A stretch of 64,000 bases of DNA from a virus (taxonomy: Duplodnaviria; Heunggongvirae; Uroviricota; Caudoviricetes). Each line of letters opens with the position of its first letter. Positions within the stretch are counted from its first letter, which is position 1. The position numbers and the translations under genes are program-made. The notes beneath the pieces were generated by a model, which was given only the letters and a program-made list of their open reading frames with translations, was not told where the DNA came from and did no database searches. Of the stretch, positions 26,526 to 36,366 are shown in pieces. The DNA lies in IMG/VR virus record IMGVR_UViG_3300031344_000001; one strand, written 5' to 3'.

Positions 26526-27095
26526 TCAGACGGCGACGACGCTGACCGGCGAGATCGAAAACCCGACCTTCTTCTTGTCCTTCAAGAAGAGCTGGACCGA
26601 GCGCGCCATGCACGCCGCCGTGAGTGCGATGAAGGGTAGGAACTCTCCATCCTCACACGTCGCGGCGCCCGCGCCGACCTCGCTGTCGATGACGAAATGA
26701 TCGTCCCAGATCGAGCGACCGAACTCACCGCCCGGCGCGAGCGCACCGTGGAGACAAGGCACGTTGTGCTCGCGCACGTAGTCCTGCACGAGCTTCCGCG
26801 ACGCCCCATTGTCGAGGCAGTCGACGACGAGCTCCGCGTCCTTCAGCAGGACGTCGACGTTGTTCTCGACGAGCTTGTGGCTCACGACCTGGAGGTTCTT
26901 CTTGAAGAGGAAGTCCATCACCTGCTTCAAAGCATCGACCTTGCTCTTCCCGACGCCCGGCTTGCCGTGGAACTGCGACATCACGTTCTTTTGCTCGACG
27001 CGGTCGAAGTCGACGACCTTGATGTCCGCCTTCTCGTTACGGATGAACTGGACCAGGTGGCTGCCCAGCGCGCCGGCTCCGACGATGACGATCAT
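26526..27095 (-). CDS. ThiF/MoeB (E1-like) adenylyltransferase
   Basis: VGAGALGS; DFDRVEQKN; K..L; DCLDN; ATCE. Confidence 0.9.
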   Translation of the reverse strand: MIVIVGAGALGSHLVQFIRNEKADIKVVDFDRVEQKNVMSQFHGKPGVGKSKVDALKQVMDFLFKKNLQVVSHKLVENNVDVLLKDAELVVDCLDNGASRKLVQDYVREHNVPCLHGALAPGGEFGRSIWDDHFVIDSEVGAGAATCEDGEFLPFIALTAACMARSVQLFLKDKKKVGFSISPVSVVAV

Positions 27096-27107
27096 GGGTG
27101 ACCTTCC

Positions 27108-28067
27108 TTAAAGGACATCTCGGTAAATCTTCCGATTGACGATGTTACAGATGGTCACCTTGCTGACACCGTAATGCCGGCCAAGAGCTGCTGCCGAAAC
27201 ACCCCGCGCATTTGCCTTGCGCACACGTCGCACCTGCGTAGGCGTCAAACGACGTAACGCGCGTCCTCTTGGTATCGCCGGGCGCACGTGTTTCAACTTA
27301 TAGGCGCAGCAACGTGGGACGTAGGGCCGGATCAGCTGGTTGAGCTTGAAAGCGTCATCCCGTCGATTAATTCTGACGACAGGCCCGTCCGTTGCCTGTC
27401 CTACGCTTGCGTGCACGTGGAAGATCTTCGAGAGACTGCGTGCAAGTCTACAAACGTCGATCCTCAAAAATCCTTGTGTACAAAACGCCATGGTCCCATT
27501 CGCGGAACCGGTGCCGTCACCGCAGTACCACAAGGCGACTGAGAGCGGCGTAATAGCGAGATCCTGCGGGACACGCTTCGCGCCATGCGGGTACCAACGA
27601 AGGCGCTGCTCCTTCGTTTCTTTGTACGTATGCGTGTAAAAAGTTCGATGCGCCCCGCTGCGCACCTGTCTACCTTTGATGACCGCTGCACGTTTTGGTG
27701 CACACGCGGGCGTAATTCCACACGCGATCTTTAAGTCAACGCACCGACGCAGGATCGCCCGAAGCCATCCAGCACGCCGCACTGACTGCGGCACCTGAAG
27801 TGCGCCTGCACGGTTGATACAACCATCACCTAGTAGGAGACCATCAACAAGCTCTTTGAACCTAGCCTCCTTGCTGGGGCTCAACCGCAACTCCTTGACG
27901 GTGTGCCGTTCTCCGGATGGTCGAATCTTCACGCCTGCCTCGCGCAGACGTTGAAGCACCGTGTTCAACGAACAGTGGTACCGCGGCGCTAGTTCCAGCG
28001 CGCTCGTCCCACTTTGATACGCGACGATGAGTGCGTTCGGATCTAGGAGCAGGCGCCGACGTGTCAT
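27108..28067 (-). mobile_element. free-standing LAGLIDADG homing endonuclease
   Basis: GLLLGDG and LWYCGDG motifs; HTH at both ends; lower GC. Confidence 0.85.
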
Positions 28068-28312
28068 CAGACGCCGAAGGGCGTCTTAGGCCTAAGCACC
28101 AAGCGAGCTGGAAGACCATCCCTCTCCGCGAACCGATCCACGACAAAGTCATGAAAATCAGCATTGGGGTCCGCGTCGATCCCGGGAATGCCGCCAGTGC
28201 GCACGGTTTCAGTCGCCCACGCCTTGACATCAGCGTCTGTCGCGTCGAAGGAGACCGGATCTCTGAGATCGCCGTTTTGACCGTTCACCGTAATGTTCAG
28301 CAACGCTTCCAT
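28067..28312 (-). CDS. ubiquitin-like (beta-grasp) protein ending KTPFG-V
   Basis: size; penultimate Gly; lies between JAB and E1 genes. Confidence 0.65.
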   Translation of the reverse strand: MEALLNITVNGQNGDLRDPVSFDATDADVKAWATETVRTGGIPGIDADPNADFHDFVVDRFAERDGLPARLVLRPKTPFGV

Positions 28313-28406
28313 GAGAAAACTCCCGATTGCAGGTTCTAGCACGTCATGTTTACGGACATCAAGGTCAGGTCAAGGGCAAAGGCCAAGGTCAGATCGCCTT
28401 GCAGCG

Positions 28407-28793
28407 TTACCCTGCGTTCACATTCGATAACCGCCGCAATTCGACAAGCCAACCAGGCTCTTCTGAAACGACCGTGACCCGATAGGAAATCTTGTCAGGT
28501 CCACCCCAGCGGAGCAGGACCACGTGGTCTGAACTGATGATCCACCAGTCGAGACGCTTGCCAAGCGCAGCCTCGATGGCCGCGAACGTGGTGACGTCCG
28601 AATACGAGGGGTCCGGAATGCCGGAACCCGGGTGACTGTGCGCGAACCCGAGCAGCTTGTCTTCCTTGAAGGCGTCCCAAAGGACCTGCCACAAGGTCCG
28701 GCTGTCGGGAAGACTCCCCGCCGTGCGCCCCTCGGGCAGATGCCAGAACAACGGGTTCCCGCTCTTGTCGATGACGACGCCCGCCTCGATCAC
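28407..28793 (-). CDS. JAB/MPN metallopeptidase
   Basis: E near N-terminus; HSHP...PSYSD. Confidence 0.85.
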   Translation of the reverse strand: MIEAGVVIDKSGNPLFWHLPEGRTAGSLPDSRTLWQVLWDAFKEDKLLGFAHSHPGSGIPDPSYSDVTTFAAIEAALGKRLDWWIISSDHVVLLRWGGPDKISYRVTVVSEEPGWLVELRRLSNVNAG

Positions 28794-28795
28794 GG

Positions 28796-29377
28796 CTAGC
28801 GATCCTTCACGACGGGGTTGCGCGGGATGCTGGCGAGCGTGTCGGCGACGCTCCGGTTCAGCTCCTGGTACGCGTACGAGACCTTCTGCGAGACCTCAAC
28901 GTAGTAGGGGTGCCGGAGCCACGCCGCGTAGGCCGTGTCCCCACGAACCTTGTTGCACTTCCGACAAGCCGCGACGAGGTTCGCCTCGATCGTGGGACCG
29001 CCGTCCTCCCAGCGCACGAGGTGGTCGACCGTGAGCGGCAGCTTCTCGGTGCCGCAGTAGCGACACATGAAGTTGTCCCGACGGTAGACGTTCCACTGGA
29101 CCTGCGTGTCGACCTGGCGCTGCGACTTGCGCGCGATCGCCTTGTACAGATCGCCGTCCTTGCGCTGACCGAGCACCTCGGTCTCGACGAGGTCGGCCTG
29201 CCGAAGCATCGCCTTCCAGTCATCGTGGGTCATCTCGACGAGCGTCGGGTCCTTGCCCTCGTCACGCGCCGATGGAAACGGGAAGTAGAACCCCGCGCCG
29301 TTCGAGTCGGTGTAGACCACGCCGACCATCTGGATGGTAGTGCCGATGTCCGTGAGCTTGATGTCCGAGAACTTCAT
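28796..29377 (-). CDS. HNH endonuclease domain protein
   Basis: RDNFMCRYCG..TVDH..GG....NLVAACRKCN. Confidence 0.85.
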   Translation of the reverse strand: MKFSDIKLTDIGTTIQMVGVVYTDSNGAGFYFPFPSARDEGKDPTLVEMTHDDWKAMLRQADLVETEVLGQRKDGDLYKAIARKSQRQVDTQVQWNVYRRDNFMCRYCGTEKLPLTVDHLVRWEDGGPTIEANLVAACRKCNKVRGDTAYAAWLRHPYYVEVSQKVSYAYQELNRSVADTLASIPRNPVVKDR

Positions 29378-29386
29378 GACCTCACC

Positions 29387-29968
29387 CTATTCCGGGATGT
29401 AGTGCCTGAACGTCAGGCTCACGCGGGGCGCCATCTTGCGATCGCCCTTCGGGATCTTGTGGAAGTAGCCGCGCTGGAAGAGCGTCGGCATCACGAACAG
29501 CGCGCCGTGCCCGAGGAGCTGTCTCTGGTCGGCAGGAATCTCCCCGGTCGCGCTCTGCGGCTTCCACCAGATCTCTCGCGCCTGCCCGAACGAGACCACC
29601 GCGATGGGGTGCTCGTGGTTCATGCCCGGCGAGTCGTCTGCGTGCCACCCGAGGTGCTGACCCGCATCCGCGTAGCGGTTGAGGAAGCAGACGTTGTACT
29701 GGCGCTCCTTGACCGCGAGCCCGAGCCCGTCGTGGATCAACGGCGCCGTGTTCAGGTGCTGGCGGATCACTTCGACCCAGGGCAAGAACGGCGTCGAGGC
29801 GTACGTGCGCACACCACGACCAGAGCCGTAGGTGTAGGTCAGCGGCGTCAGCGCCATGAAGCACTCCTGACGCGCCTCGGTGAACGTTCCCCAGGGGACG
29901 CTCGCGAGGTCTGCCGGCGAGGCGTCGGCGTAGTCAGTCACGTAGACAGGCTTCATGGCAATCCTCAC
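29387..29968 (-). CDS. AlkB-family 2OG-Fe(II) dioxygenase
   Basis: LNRY..GWHADD..HKIPK..RVSLTFR. Confidence 0.9.
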   Translation of the reverse strand: MRIAMKPVYVTDYADASPADLASVPWGTFTEARQECFMALTPLTYTYGSGRGVRTYASTPFLPWVEVIRQHLNTAPLIHDGLGLAVKERQYNVCFLNRYADAGQHLGWHADDSPGMNHEHPIAVVSFGQAREIWWKPQSATGEIPADQRQLLGHGALFVMPTLFQRGYFHKIPKGDRKMAPRVSLTFRHYIPE

Positions 29969-30897
29969 ACGTGTCGGTAGACGACGAGCTTGCCTTCACG
30001 CTTCGCCTGTCGAAGGACGGCAGGCAGCGACTCGAGCGTGAAGTACGTGTCGCCCTTTTCTCCGCTGTCGTGGTCGACCAGACAGATCCCAGAATCAATG
30101 ATGCCCAGCCGCTCGTTGCAGATGCACTCGTAGCGCGCACCGTCGAGCCGGTACTTGACCGCCCACTCGTTCTTGCGAACCTGGCGCGCGTCGAGGAGCT
30201 CGGCACCGGCGACTTGAAGAGCAGCTCGAGCCGCGGCGGCGAAGTCGTGGAGCGCCATCTCGCGACGACCCTCACCGTCCCCGAGCTTCTTCACCAACTC
30301 CTTGCGCCGCTCCTCCTTCTGGCGCTTCTCCTCCTCTTCTCGACGGACGCGCTCAAACTCGACGCGACGGCGCTCGGCCTCGGCACGCTGCCAGCTCTCC
30401 ATGCGGAAGGCGGCGTCGAGCGCCGGGGGCACGCTCTTGATAAACGCGACGGACGCCGCCTGATCGAGGAAGGCTTCGAGCACCTGGTCCTCTTGCCCGA
30501 GAGGCATCTCCAGCCCCTGGTAGACCAGGGGGCCCTCCGGGTTGACCCGGCCCGCACGCACGCGCACGAAGCGATCCAGCCCGTCGTCCAGCAGGAAGAC
30601 CTTCTCGGAGAACTTCGTGATGCGCCGCGGGTCCGGATCAACGCGAACGTCGTCCATGACGACGCGGTCACCCACCAGGTAGCCCCGCACGGAGTGCTTG
30701 AGCAACTCCGGCTGAGCGTCCGCAACTCCCTCGACACGCGCGCTCCGGTTGACGACCTTGAAGGTGAACCACCCGTGCTCTTGAGGCTGACGACCCTCGA
30801 TCGACCAGCGCTGCGCGCTGCCGAACAACGTCCCGCCGCCGAGCCACGGGAGGGTGACCCTCTCGTCGCCTGTCTGGAGTAGATCGCGCCAACCCAT
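29965..30897 (-). CDS. hypothetical protein in the vWA/ubiquitin operon
   Basis: ORF; coiled coil; DSGICL. Confidence 0.8.
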   Translation of the reverse strand: MGWRDLLQTGDERVTLPWLGGGTLFGSAQRWSIEGRQPQEHGWFTFKVVNRSARVEGVADAQPELLKHSVRGYLVGDRVVMDDVRVDPDPRRITKFSEKVFLLDDGLDRFVRVRAGRVNPEGPLVYQGLEMPLGQEDQVLEAFLDQAASVAFIKSVPPALDAAFRMESWQRAEAERRRVEFERVRREEEEKRQKEERRKELVKKLGDGEGRREMALHDFAAAARAALQVAGAELLDARQVRKNEWAVKYRLDGARYECICNERLGIIDSGICLVDHDSGEKGDTYFTLESLPAVLRQAKREGKLVVYRHV

Positions 30898-30900
30898 GCC

Positions 30901-31116
30901 TCAACCGATCACGACGCGCCGTGGATGATCCCACTTCCGCGAACGCACGACAGCATCGGCTACCCGAGGCAGCATCCGCGGGCCATCGGCCTCACGACCG
31001 GCGGCCACATAGTCGAGCGCGATGTCTGCCGCGTACTCTTCGTTCCAATCGGCCAGGTAGACCGGCAGGTCCTGAGGCATCGCCTGGAGCAGCTCGATCA
31101 ATCGAGCGACGGTCAT
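30901..31116 (-). CDS. small hypothetical protein (MTVARLIELLQAMP)
   Basis: start overlaps the vWA gene stop. Confidence 0.6.
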   Translation of the reverse strand: MTVARLIELLQAMPQDLPVYLADWNEEYAADIALDYVAAGREADGPRMLPRVADAVVRSRKWDHPRRVVIG

Positions 31117-33008
31117 CACGCTGAGGCGCCCACTGCCATTGATCGCGGCGAGAACGCCCACGCGGGCTTCACGAGCAAGTCCGTCTTGAGGATCGTGTCC
31201 ACGAGCGACACGCGCGGTGCAGCCGCGCGGACCGTGGCCCCCACCGGCGTCGCCGCCACGAGCGCGCGGAGCGTCCGCGGGATCGCGTAGACGTCGTCGA
31301 AGGTGTCCTCTCCGATCATGAAGCACGGGAGCCCGAGCGCCGCGGCCGTGCGCTCGACGCACCCGAAGTTCTGGCCCGGCAACCTGAGGAAGCCGAAGGC
31401 CGTGGGGCGCAGCCTGGACTGCGTCACGTACTCAGCGAACGCCCCATGCTCCCCGCCGTCGCCGACGAAGATGAACAGCACGTCCTCGTCCTCCTTGGGA
31501 GGAAACCTCGCCAATGCGAGGACGCCCGCGCCGTGCGCCGTGCCGCCCTCCGCCGAGATCCCCTTGAAGGCGTTCTCGACACCGGCTGCCGAGGCGTGCT
31601 TGATCTCGACCACGCGCCCCGCCGTGTTGAACACGGCGACGTGCGTGCGGTCCGGCGGAAAGCCCTGAACGGACTTGCTCATCAGGCGCTTCGCCTTCTC
31701 GATGGAGTTACCCATCGAGGACGAGATGTCGACGAAGAAGTAGAGCCGGAGGTTCTTCACCACCTGCTCGACGGCCTTCTGGAGCGCCGTGTCGGCCGCA
31801 CCCTGGAGCTGCTCCTGCACGGCCTTGGACTTCACGTTGCTAGCGATGTTCGCCGCGCGCATGTCGTCCTCGGCCTTCTTGAGGGCACGCTCCCACTTCG
31901 CCTTGACCTCCTTGACCTCCAGGAGCCCGAGCTCCTCGAGCGTGGGCGTGAGGATGATGAGGTCCTTGTTGGACAGGGAGCCCGACTCGACGGCGGCGGC
32001 CATGATGGCCCGCGTGACACCGAGCTTCTTCGGCAAGAGCCCGACGACCCGCTTCCAGTCCGGCTTCTCGGCGACGATCTTCTCGCAGACCTGCGCCTCG
32101 GTCAGCTCGTCCCAGCTCTCGGCCTTGGACATCTCGACGCCGATGAGCATCGAGCGCCGGCCGTCCTTTGCCTGATCCTGGGACCAGGTCAGCGCCTCGA
32201 AAAACTTCGGCGTCGAGGGCTTGTAGCCGACGGCCCGCGCGAGGTCCATCACCGTGCTCTTGAAGCCAGCCTTGATGAGGCCGTCGAGCATCTTGGGGTT
32301 CTCCTCGCGGAACTGGAGCCACTTCTCGACGACCTTCGCCCAGCGCCCCAGGAACGGGCGCCGGGCGGAGTGGCCGAAACCCAGCTCGCGGTTGACGGCA
32401 GCCACGCCCGGCACCTTCAAGAGGTTGTGGACGCGGAGCAGGAGCTTCGGGTTCAGATCTTTGCCGTCCCGCCGGTGGACGAGCAGCATCGCCTCACCAA
32501 CGTCGCGGAAGTCGTCGTCGTAGAACGACACCTTGCCCCCGTCGAGCACGGGGTCACCCTTGCGGGTCTGCACGAGCATGAATGCCGCGAGCACGACCTT
32601 GAGGTCGCGGTGCTCCTGCCCGAAGGCGTACGAGGCCCAGCGCGCAGCGAACTCGTTGTCCATCCGCCAGACCTCGGCGACCTGGCGGTACATCCACACG
32701 GCGACCTCGGGGAACAGCCCCGGCGCGCGGTACTCGCCGACCACGCGCCCGTTCTCCTCGACCTTCCGATCGGCGCGCATCACGCCCTTGCGGACCTTGT
32801 TCGTCTTCTTGCCGACCTTCGTCAGCTCGTAGACGACCTTCTGACCGTTCTCGTCCTTGTGCGTGACCGGCACCCAGCGCACGCCGACCGCGTGCCGCGC
32901 GTCCGCCGTCACCATGCCGGGACGGTTGTGGACCATGTGGTCTGCGTAGTTCAGGAGCGTCTGGAGGATCTTCTCCGCCGGGCCCAGCTTCTCGTTTGCA
33001 GTCGTCAT
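31116..33008 (-). CDS. vWA-domain protein with large helical N-terminus, Ro/TROVE-like
   Basis: MIDAS DISSS..GGT..GD; architecture and RNA-repair context; TROVE call is inferred. Confidence 0.7.
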   Translation of the reverse strand: MTTANEKLGPAEKILQTLLNYADHMVHNRPGMVTADARHAVGVRWVPVTHKDENGQKVVYELTKVGKKTNKVRKGVMRADRKVEENGRVVGEYRAPGLFPEVAVWMYRQVAEVWRMDNEFAARWASYAFGQEHRDLKVVLAAFMLVQTRKGDPVLDGGKVSFYDDDFRDVGEAMLLVHRRDGKDLNPKLLLRVHNLLKVPGVAAVNRELGFGHSARRPFLGRWAKVVEKWLQFREENPKMLDGLIKAGFKSTVMDLARAVGYKPSTPKFFEALTWSQDQAKDGRRSMLIGVEMSKAESWDELTEAQVCEKIVAEKPDWKRVVGLLPKKLGVTRAIMAAAVESGSLSNKDLIILTPTLEELGLLEVKEVKAKWERALKKAEDDMRAANIASNVKSKAVQEQLQGAADTALQKAVEQVVKNLRLYFFVDISSSMGNSIEKAKRLMSKSVQGFPPDRTHVAVFNTAGRVVEIKHASAAGVENAFKGISAEGGTAHGAGVLALARFPPKEDEDVLFIFVGDGGEHGAFAEYVTQSRLRPTAFGFLRLPGQNFGCVERTAAALGLPCFMIGEDTFDDVYAIPRTLRALVAATPVGATVRAAAPRVSLVDTILKTDLLVKPAWAFSPRSMAVGASA

Positions 33009-33089
33009 CGCGATCCCCCTTGCAGCCAGCGCATTCACCTGGCTGCGCTTTGTGCCATCAGATGCACTCGAATGCAAGCGCAGGGATCG

Positions 33090-33161
33090 TATCGGCGACG
33101 GGGATCGAACCCGTATCTCGGTCTTGAAAGGACCGGGTCCTGGCCATTGAACGACGCCGAC
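33090..33161 (-). tRNA. tRNA-Glu(TTC)
   Basis: loop CTTTCAA. Confidence 0.9.
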
Positions 33162-33166
33162 AGGAG

Positions 33167-33234
33167 TGCCTCCGGCTGGACTCGAACCAGCTCACCGAGC
33201 TTCGGAGACTCGGGTCACGTCCACGTACGGAGGC
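33167..33234 (-). tRNA. tRNA-Arg(CCG), minimal D loop
   Basis: loop CTCCGAA. Confidence 0.8.
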
Positions 33235-33448
33235 GTGAAATAGTGCGTAGTCGACGACGATGCTAACGTTATGCTGTGAGCCGATCCCGCCGCCGTCGGA
33301 AGCTGCCGAAGTGCAGCTGTGGTCGCCACTGCATCCCACGCGATGATGCGAAGCAGCGCGATTCAATCGGGAGCTGCACGATCCTCGAGTACACCTACGA
33401 GCACAACGCGCGCCTGCGCGCGTTCCGTCGGAAGCGTGCCGCATCAAG

Positions 33449-33521
33449 TGATCCCGCCAGGACTTGAACCTGGGCCCTTCGGTTTAGGAAACCGACGCTC
33501 TGTCCACTGAGCTACGGGACC
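33449..33521 (-). tRNA. tRNA-Arg(CCT)
   Basis: loop TTCCTAA. Confidence 0.9.
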
Positions 33522-33865
33522 GACGTCTCTCGCGACCACATCTCAGGGCTGTGCTCGCTGAGATCCTTGACGCGGCCCCAGAAGAGCGCCTTGATGTCGA
33601 ACGGGATCTCGAACTTCGGATCGGTGCGCTCGCGTACGACGCGAAACACGTCGTAGACCAGTTCGTCGACGGGGTGCTTGATCTCCTCGACGTAGATCCG
33701 GCTGAACTTCTCCCGCCAGTGAAAGAAGGATCCGCGCGCCGCGCACCAGCGCGCGACCGAAGCGTTCCGACAGCGGCCGACGTAGTACGCACCGTCCACG
33801 AGCGCATCCCTTAACAGGATCGCGCGACCGGTGTGCTCGTCGTGGTGCGGAAGCGCGAAGGACAC
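33512..33865 (-). CDS. hypothetical protein inside the tRNA array
   Basis: GAYYVGRCRNASVARW; start approximate. Confidence 0.6.
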   Translation of the reverse strand: MSFALPHHDEHTGRAILLRDALVDGAYYVGRCRNASVARWCAARGSFFHWREKFSRIYVEEIKHPVDELVYDVFRVVRERTDPKFEIPFDIKALFWGRVKDLSEHSPEMWSRETSVP

Positions 33866-33889
33866 GAGGAAGAGTCTACACCGCGCAAG

Positions 33890-33963
33890 TGCTCCTGGAG
33901 GGACTCGAACCCACAAAGGGCCGTTTAGAAAACGGCTGCCCGTTCCAACCGAGCATCAGGAGC
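33890..33963 (-). tRNA. tRNA-Arg(TCT)
   Basis: loop TTTCTAA. Confidence 0.85.
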
Positions 33964-33975
33964 AGAAAAAGATCG

Positions 33976-34047
33976 AGCACCGGGCGGGAATCGAACCCGC
34001 GTTGCGCGCTTTGCAGGCGCGTGCCTGAGCCACTTGGCTACCGGTGC
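33976..34047 (-). tRNA. tRNA-Cys(GCA)
   Basis: loop CTGCAAA; U73. Confidence 0.9.
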
Positions 34048-34071
34048 AAAACAGGTGATACGCTCAACTTC

Positions 34072-34323
34072 ATGGCCGTCACTCCCCTGATCTTGAACGT
34101 TCGTATCTCTGCCCCAACCTCGAGCGAGGTTGGAGAAAACCTCTGGCGTGTCGACATCGTCGGTGGCGTCTCGTCACGGGATGGAACGCCCCTGAGCGGC
34201 GGTCTTCTGGCGATCTGCGACACCGAGCGCGAGGCCCAAGCCTTCGTCGCAGCGCTCGGCCTCGACAACCTGTTGAACAGGATGGCCGAGCACCTGAGCA
34301 GGTCAGCGGACAAAAGCAGGTGA
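34072..34323 (+). CDS. hypothetical protein
   Basis: ORF antisense to the array. Confidence 0.5.
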   Translation: MAVTPLILNVRISAPTSSEVGENLWRVDIVGGVSSRDGTPLSGGLLAICDTEREAQAFVAALGLDNLLNRMAEHLSRSADKSR

Positions 34324-34499
34324 ACAACTATCTACTGTGGGGTCTTGGAATCGTTGTCCCACTAACGTGCGCCATTAGCTGGATACGAGGACGGGGGCCG
34401 ATCTGCACATGTCGTGAGCCCGGCGATTCTTGCGGACATTGCAACAGGCCGCTTCCTAAAGCCAAGGTGGTAAACCGCTGATCGTAGCGGCCCGCGTAG

Positions 34500-34570
34500 T
34501 TCAGGAGGAAGGACTCGGACCTTCATAGCTGGTGTCAAAGACCAGCGTCCTACCGTTAGACGACTCCTGA
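34500..34570 (-). tRNA. tRNA-Gln(TTG)
   Basis: loop CTTTGAC. Confidence 0.9.
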
Positions 34571-34583
34571 TCATCCAGTGTCG

Positions 34584-34657
34584 AGCCGTCACTCGGAGTC
34601 GCACCGAGCCCTCTCGCGTACCAGGCGAGCGTGCCGAACTGCGGGCACCTTGGCGGC
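34584..34657 (-). tRNA. tRNA-Thr(GGT)
   Basis: loop CTGGTAC. Confidence 0.8.
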
Positions 34658-34670
34658 AGAAGTTTCTTCG

Positions 34671-34739
34671 TGGAGAGGATGGGAGTCGAACCCACGCAGC
34701 TCCGCTTGCAAGGCGGTGCACCATCCCGATGGCCTCCCC
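34671..34739 (-). tRNA. tRNA-Ala(TGC), minimal D loop
   Basis: loop CTTGCAA; G3:U70. Confidence 0.85.
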
Positions 34740-34859
34740 AGGATGCAAAGTACAAAGAAGACTCAGCCGCGTCGCCGAGCGCTCGGCGTGCGCGGCATCC
34801 TAGAGGGAGCCCCTCGCGAGGATGAGTCGTCGACGCGCGTTGATCGAACGCGCTATCGG

Positions 34860-34934
34860 CGGGAACGACGGGATTTGAACCCGCGATCTCTGCCGTGACA
34901 GGGCAGCGTCCACTCCGAGCTGGACCACGTTCCC
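34860..34934 (-). tRNA. tRNA-Asp(GTC)
   Basis: loop CTGTCAC. Confidence 0.9.
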
Positions 34935-34966
34935 AAAGAGCGAGAGCGTTGCCGCGCGCTCGCACG

Positions 34967-35173
34967 TCAATTCGGTCGCTCTCGAACGTCGTTGATCGGA
35001 GCCATGGGGAAATGGCCGCACCGTTCACACCGCGGCGCCAGCTCGGCGCGAGCGCGCGGATCGTCGGGCTTGAGCGTCAGCTTCGCGCCGCACCCCGGGC
35101 AGCCCCACCGATAGATGGGCTCCGTGAAGGGCACGAGGTCCTCGGGACGGAAGGTGCCGTACTTAACCTTCAC
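34967..35173 (-). CDS. small Zn-ribbon protein
   Basis: CPGC...CERC; overlaps the HNH stop. Confidence 0.5.
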   Translation of the reverse strand: MKVKYGTFRPEDLVPFTEPIYRWGCPGCGAKLTLKPDDPRARAELAPRCERCGHFPMAPINDVRERPN

Positions 35174-35706
35174 CCTTGCTCCAGCTCCGCGGTCCAGTAC
35201 AGGTAGTCCCTCCAAGCGTCGGGCACCGACGCGCTGCTCACGGCCACTACGAGCACCGGCGACGCGGTCGGCTGTACCGGCGTCTTCAGGAGACGCATGC
35301 CCGCCTGCTCGGGCGTGCGGTTCGCCTTCTTGCGGTTGCAGTCCTCGCAGCACGTGACGATGTTCGTCCACGTCGTCGTGCCACCCCGCGAGCGGGGCAA
35401 GACGTGGTCGTACGATAGGTCGCCGATCGAGTGCTTCGTGCCGCAATACTGGCAGGTGTACTTGTCGCGCCCGTAGATGTTGATGCGCGAGAACTTCACC
35501 GGCTTCTTGTGCCGACGGAACGCCGAGAGTAGCCGCACGACCGCGGGGATCTTGATGACGACCGAGGTCGTCTTGATGTTGCGGTCGTACTCCTCGATCA
35601 CCTCGGCCTTGCCGAGGAAGAGCAGCGTGATCGCGTGCTTCCACGAGACGATGTTCACCGGCTCGTAGCTCTGCGAGAGGACAAGGGTTCTATGTGTCGA
35701 CTCCAT
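35170..35706 (-). CDS. HNH endonuclease (McrA-like, LVLxxSYEP N-terminus)
   Basis: RDKYTCQYCG..DHVLPRSRGG..WTNIVTCCEDCN. Confidence 0.9.
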   Translation of the reverse strand: MESTHRTLVLSQSYEPVNIVSWKHAITLLFLGKAEVIEEYDRNIKTTSVVIKIPAVVRLLSAFRRHKKPVKFSRINIYGRDKYTCQYCGTKHSIGDLSYDHVLPRSRGGTTTWTNIVTCCEDCNRKKANRTPEQAGMRLLKTPVQPTASPVLVVAVSSASVPDAWRDYLYWTAELEQG

Positions 35707-35784
35707 GGCGTTCGTTCTCCTTCGTTCGATCCTACAGACGTTCCACCCGGCGCGGATCTGACACCGCCACCAGAACTCCTTTCG

Positions 35785-35856
35785 TCGAGCAGACAGGGAT
35801 CGAACCTGCGGTCCCCGGTTCCCCGAACCGGTGCGATACCACTTCGCCACTGCTCG
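35785..35856 (-). tRNA. tRNA-Pro(GGG)
   Basis: loop TCGGGGA. Confidence 0.85.
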
Positions 35857-35859
35857 AGC

Positions 35860-35935
35860 TGGGGTGACTAGAGGGAATCGAACCCTCGTATCCTGTTCCA
35901 CAAACAGGCGCCTTAGCCGCTAGGCGATAGTCACC
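35860..35935 (-). tRNA. tRNA-His(GTG)
   Basis: loop TTGTGGA; G-1; CCA. Confidence 0.9.
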
Positions 35936-35945
35936 ATAATCATCG

Positions 35946-36018
35946 TAGGCCCCGAAGGATTTGAACCCTCAACATTCCGCTAATAAGGCAGACGTTCTAC
36001 CTGTTGAACTAGAGGCCC
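35946..36018 (-). tRNA. tRNA-Ile(TAT)
   Basis: loop CTTATTA. Confidence 0.8.
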
Positions 36019-36024
36019 GCGTCG

Positions 36025-36096
36025 TAGGACTGGGAGGAGTTGAACCTCTCATCGCTCGGTTATCAACCAAGTGCTCTACCGTTGAGCTACAGTCCC
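36025..36096 (-). tRNA. tRNA-Ile(GAT)
   Basis: loop TTGATAA. Confidence 0.9.
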
Positions 36097-36102
36097 GCAT
36101 CG

Positions 36103-36175
36103 TAGAGAACGTCGGAATCGAACCGACCTCAAGCGTCTTGTAAGGGCGCCATCACCGCCAGGTGGACTGTCCTCC
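36103..36175 (-). tRNA. tRNA-Val(TAC)
   Basis: loop CTTACAA. Confidence 0.8.
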
Positions 36176-36181
36176 ATGTCG

Positions 36182-36256
36182 TCGGGGTGAGTGGATTTGA
36201 ACCACCAATCTCTGCGTCCCGAACGCAGCGCTCTGACCAGGTTGAGCCACACCCCG
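36182..36256 (-). tRNA. tRNA-Pro(CGG)
   Basis: loop TTCGGGA. Confidence 0.9.
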
Positions 36257-36290
36257 TTGTTCGTATCGTAGCGCATCCGTACATCGTTCG

Positions 36291-36362
36291 TCGCAACGGG
36301 CGGACTTGAACCGCACCCCGCACGGCTTATGAGACCGTCGTCCAGATCCACTGGTCGCTGCG
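36291..36362 (-). tRNA. tRNA-Met/Ile2(CAT)
   Basis: loop CTCATAA. Confidence 0.8.
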
Positions 36363-36366
36363 AAGG

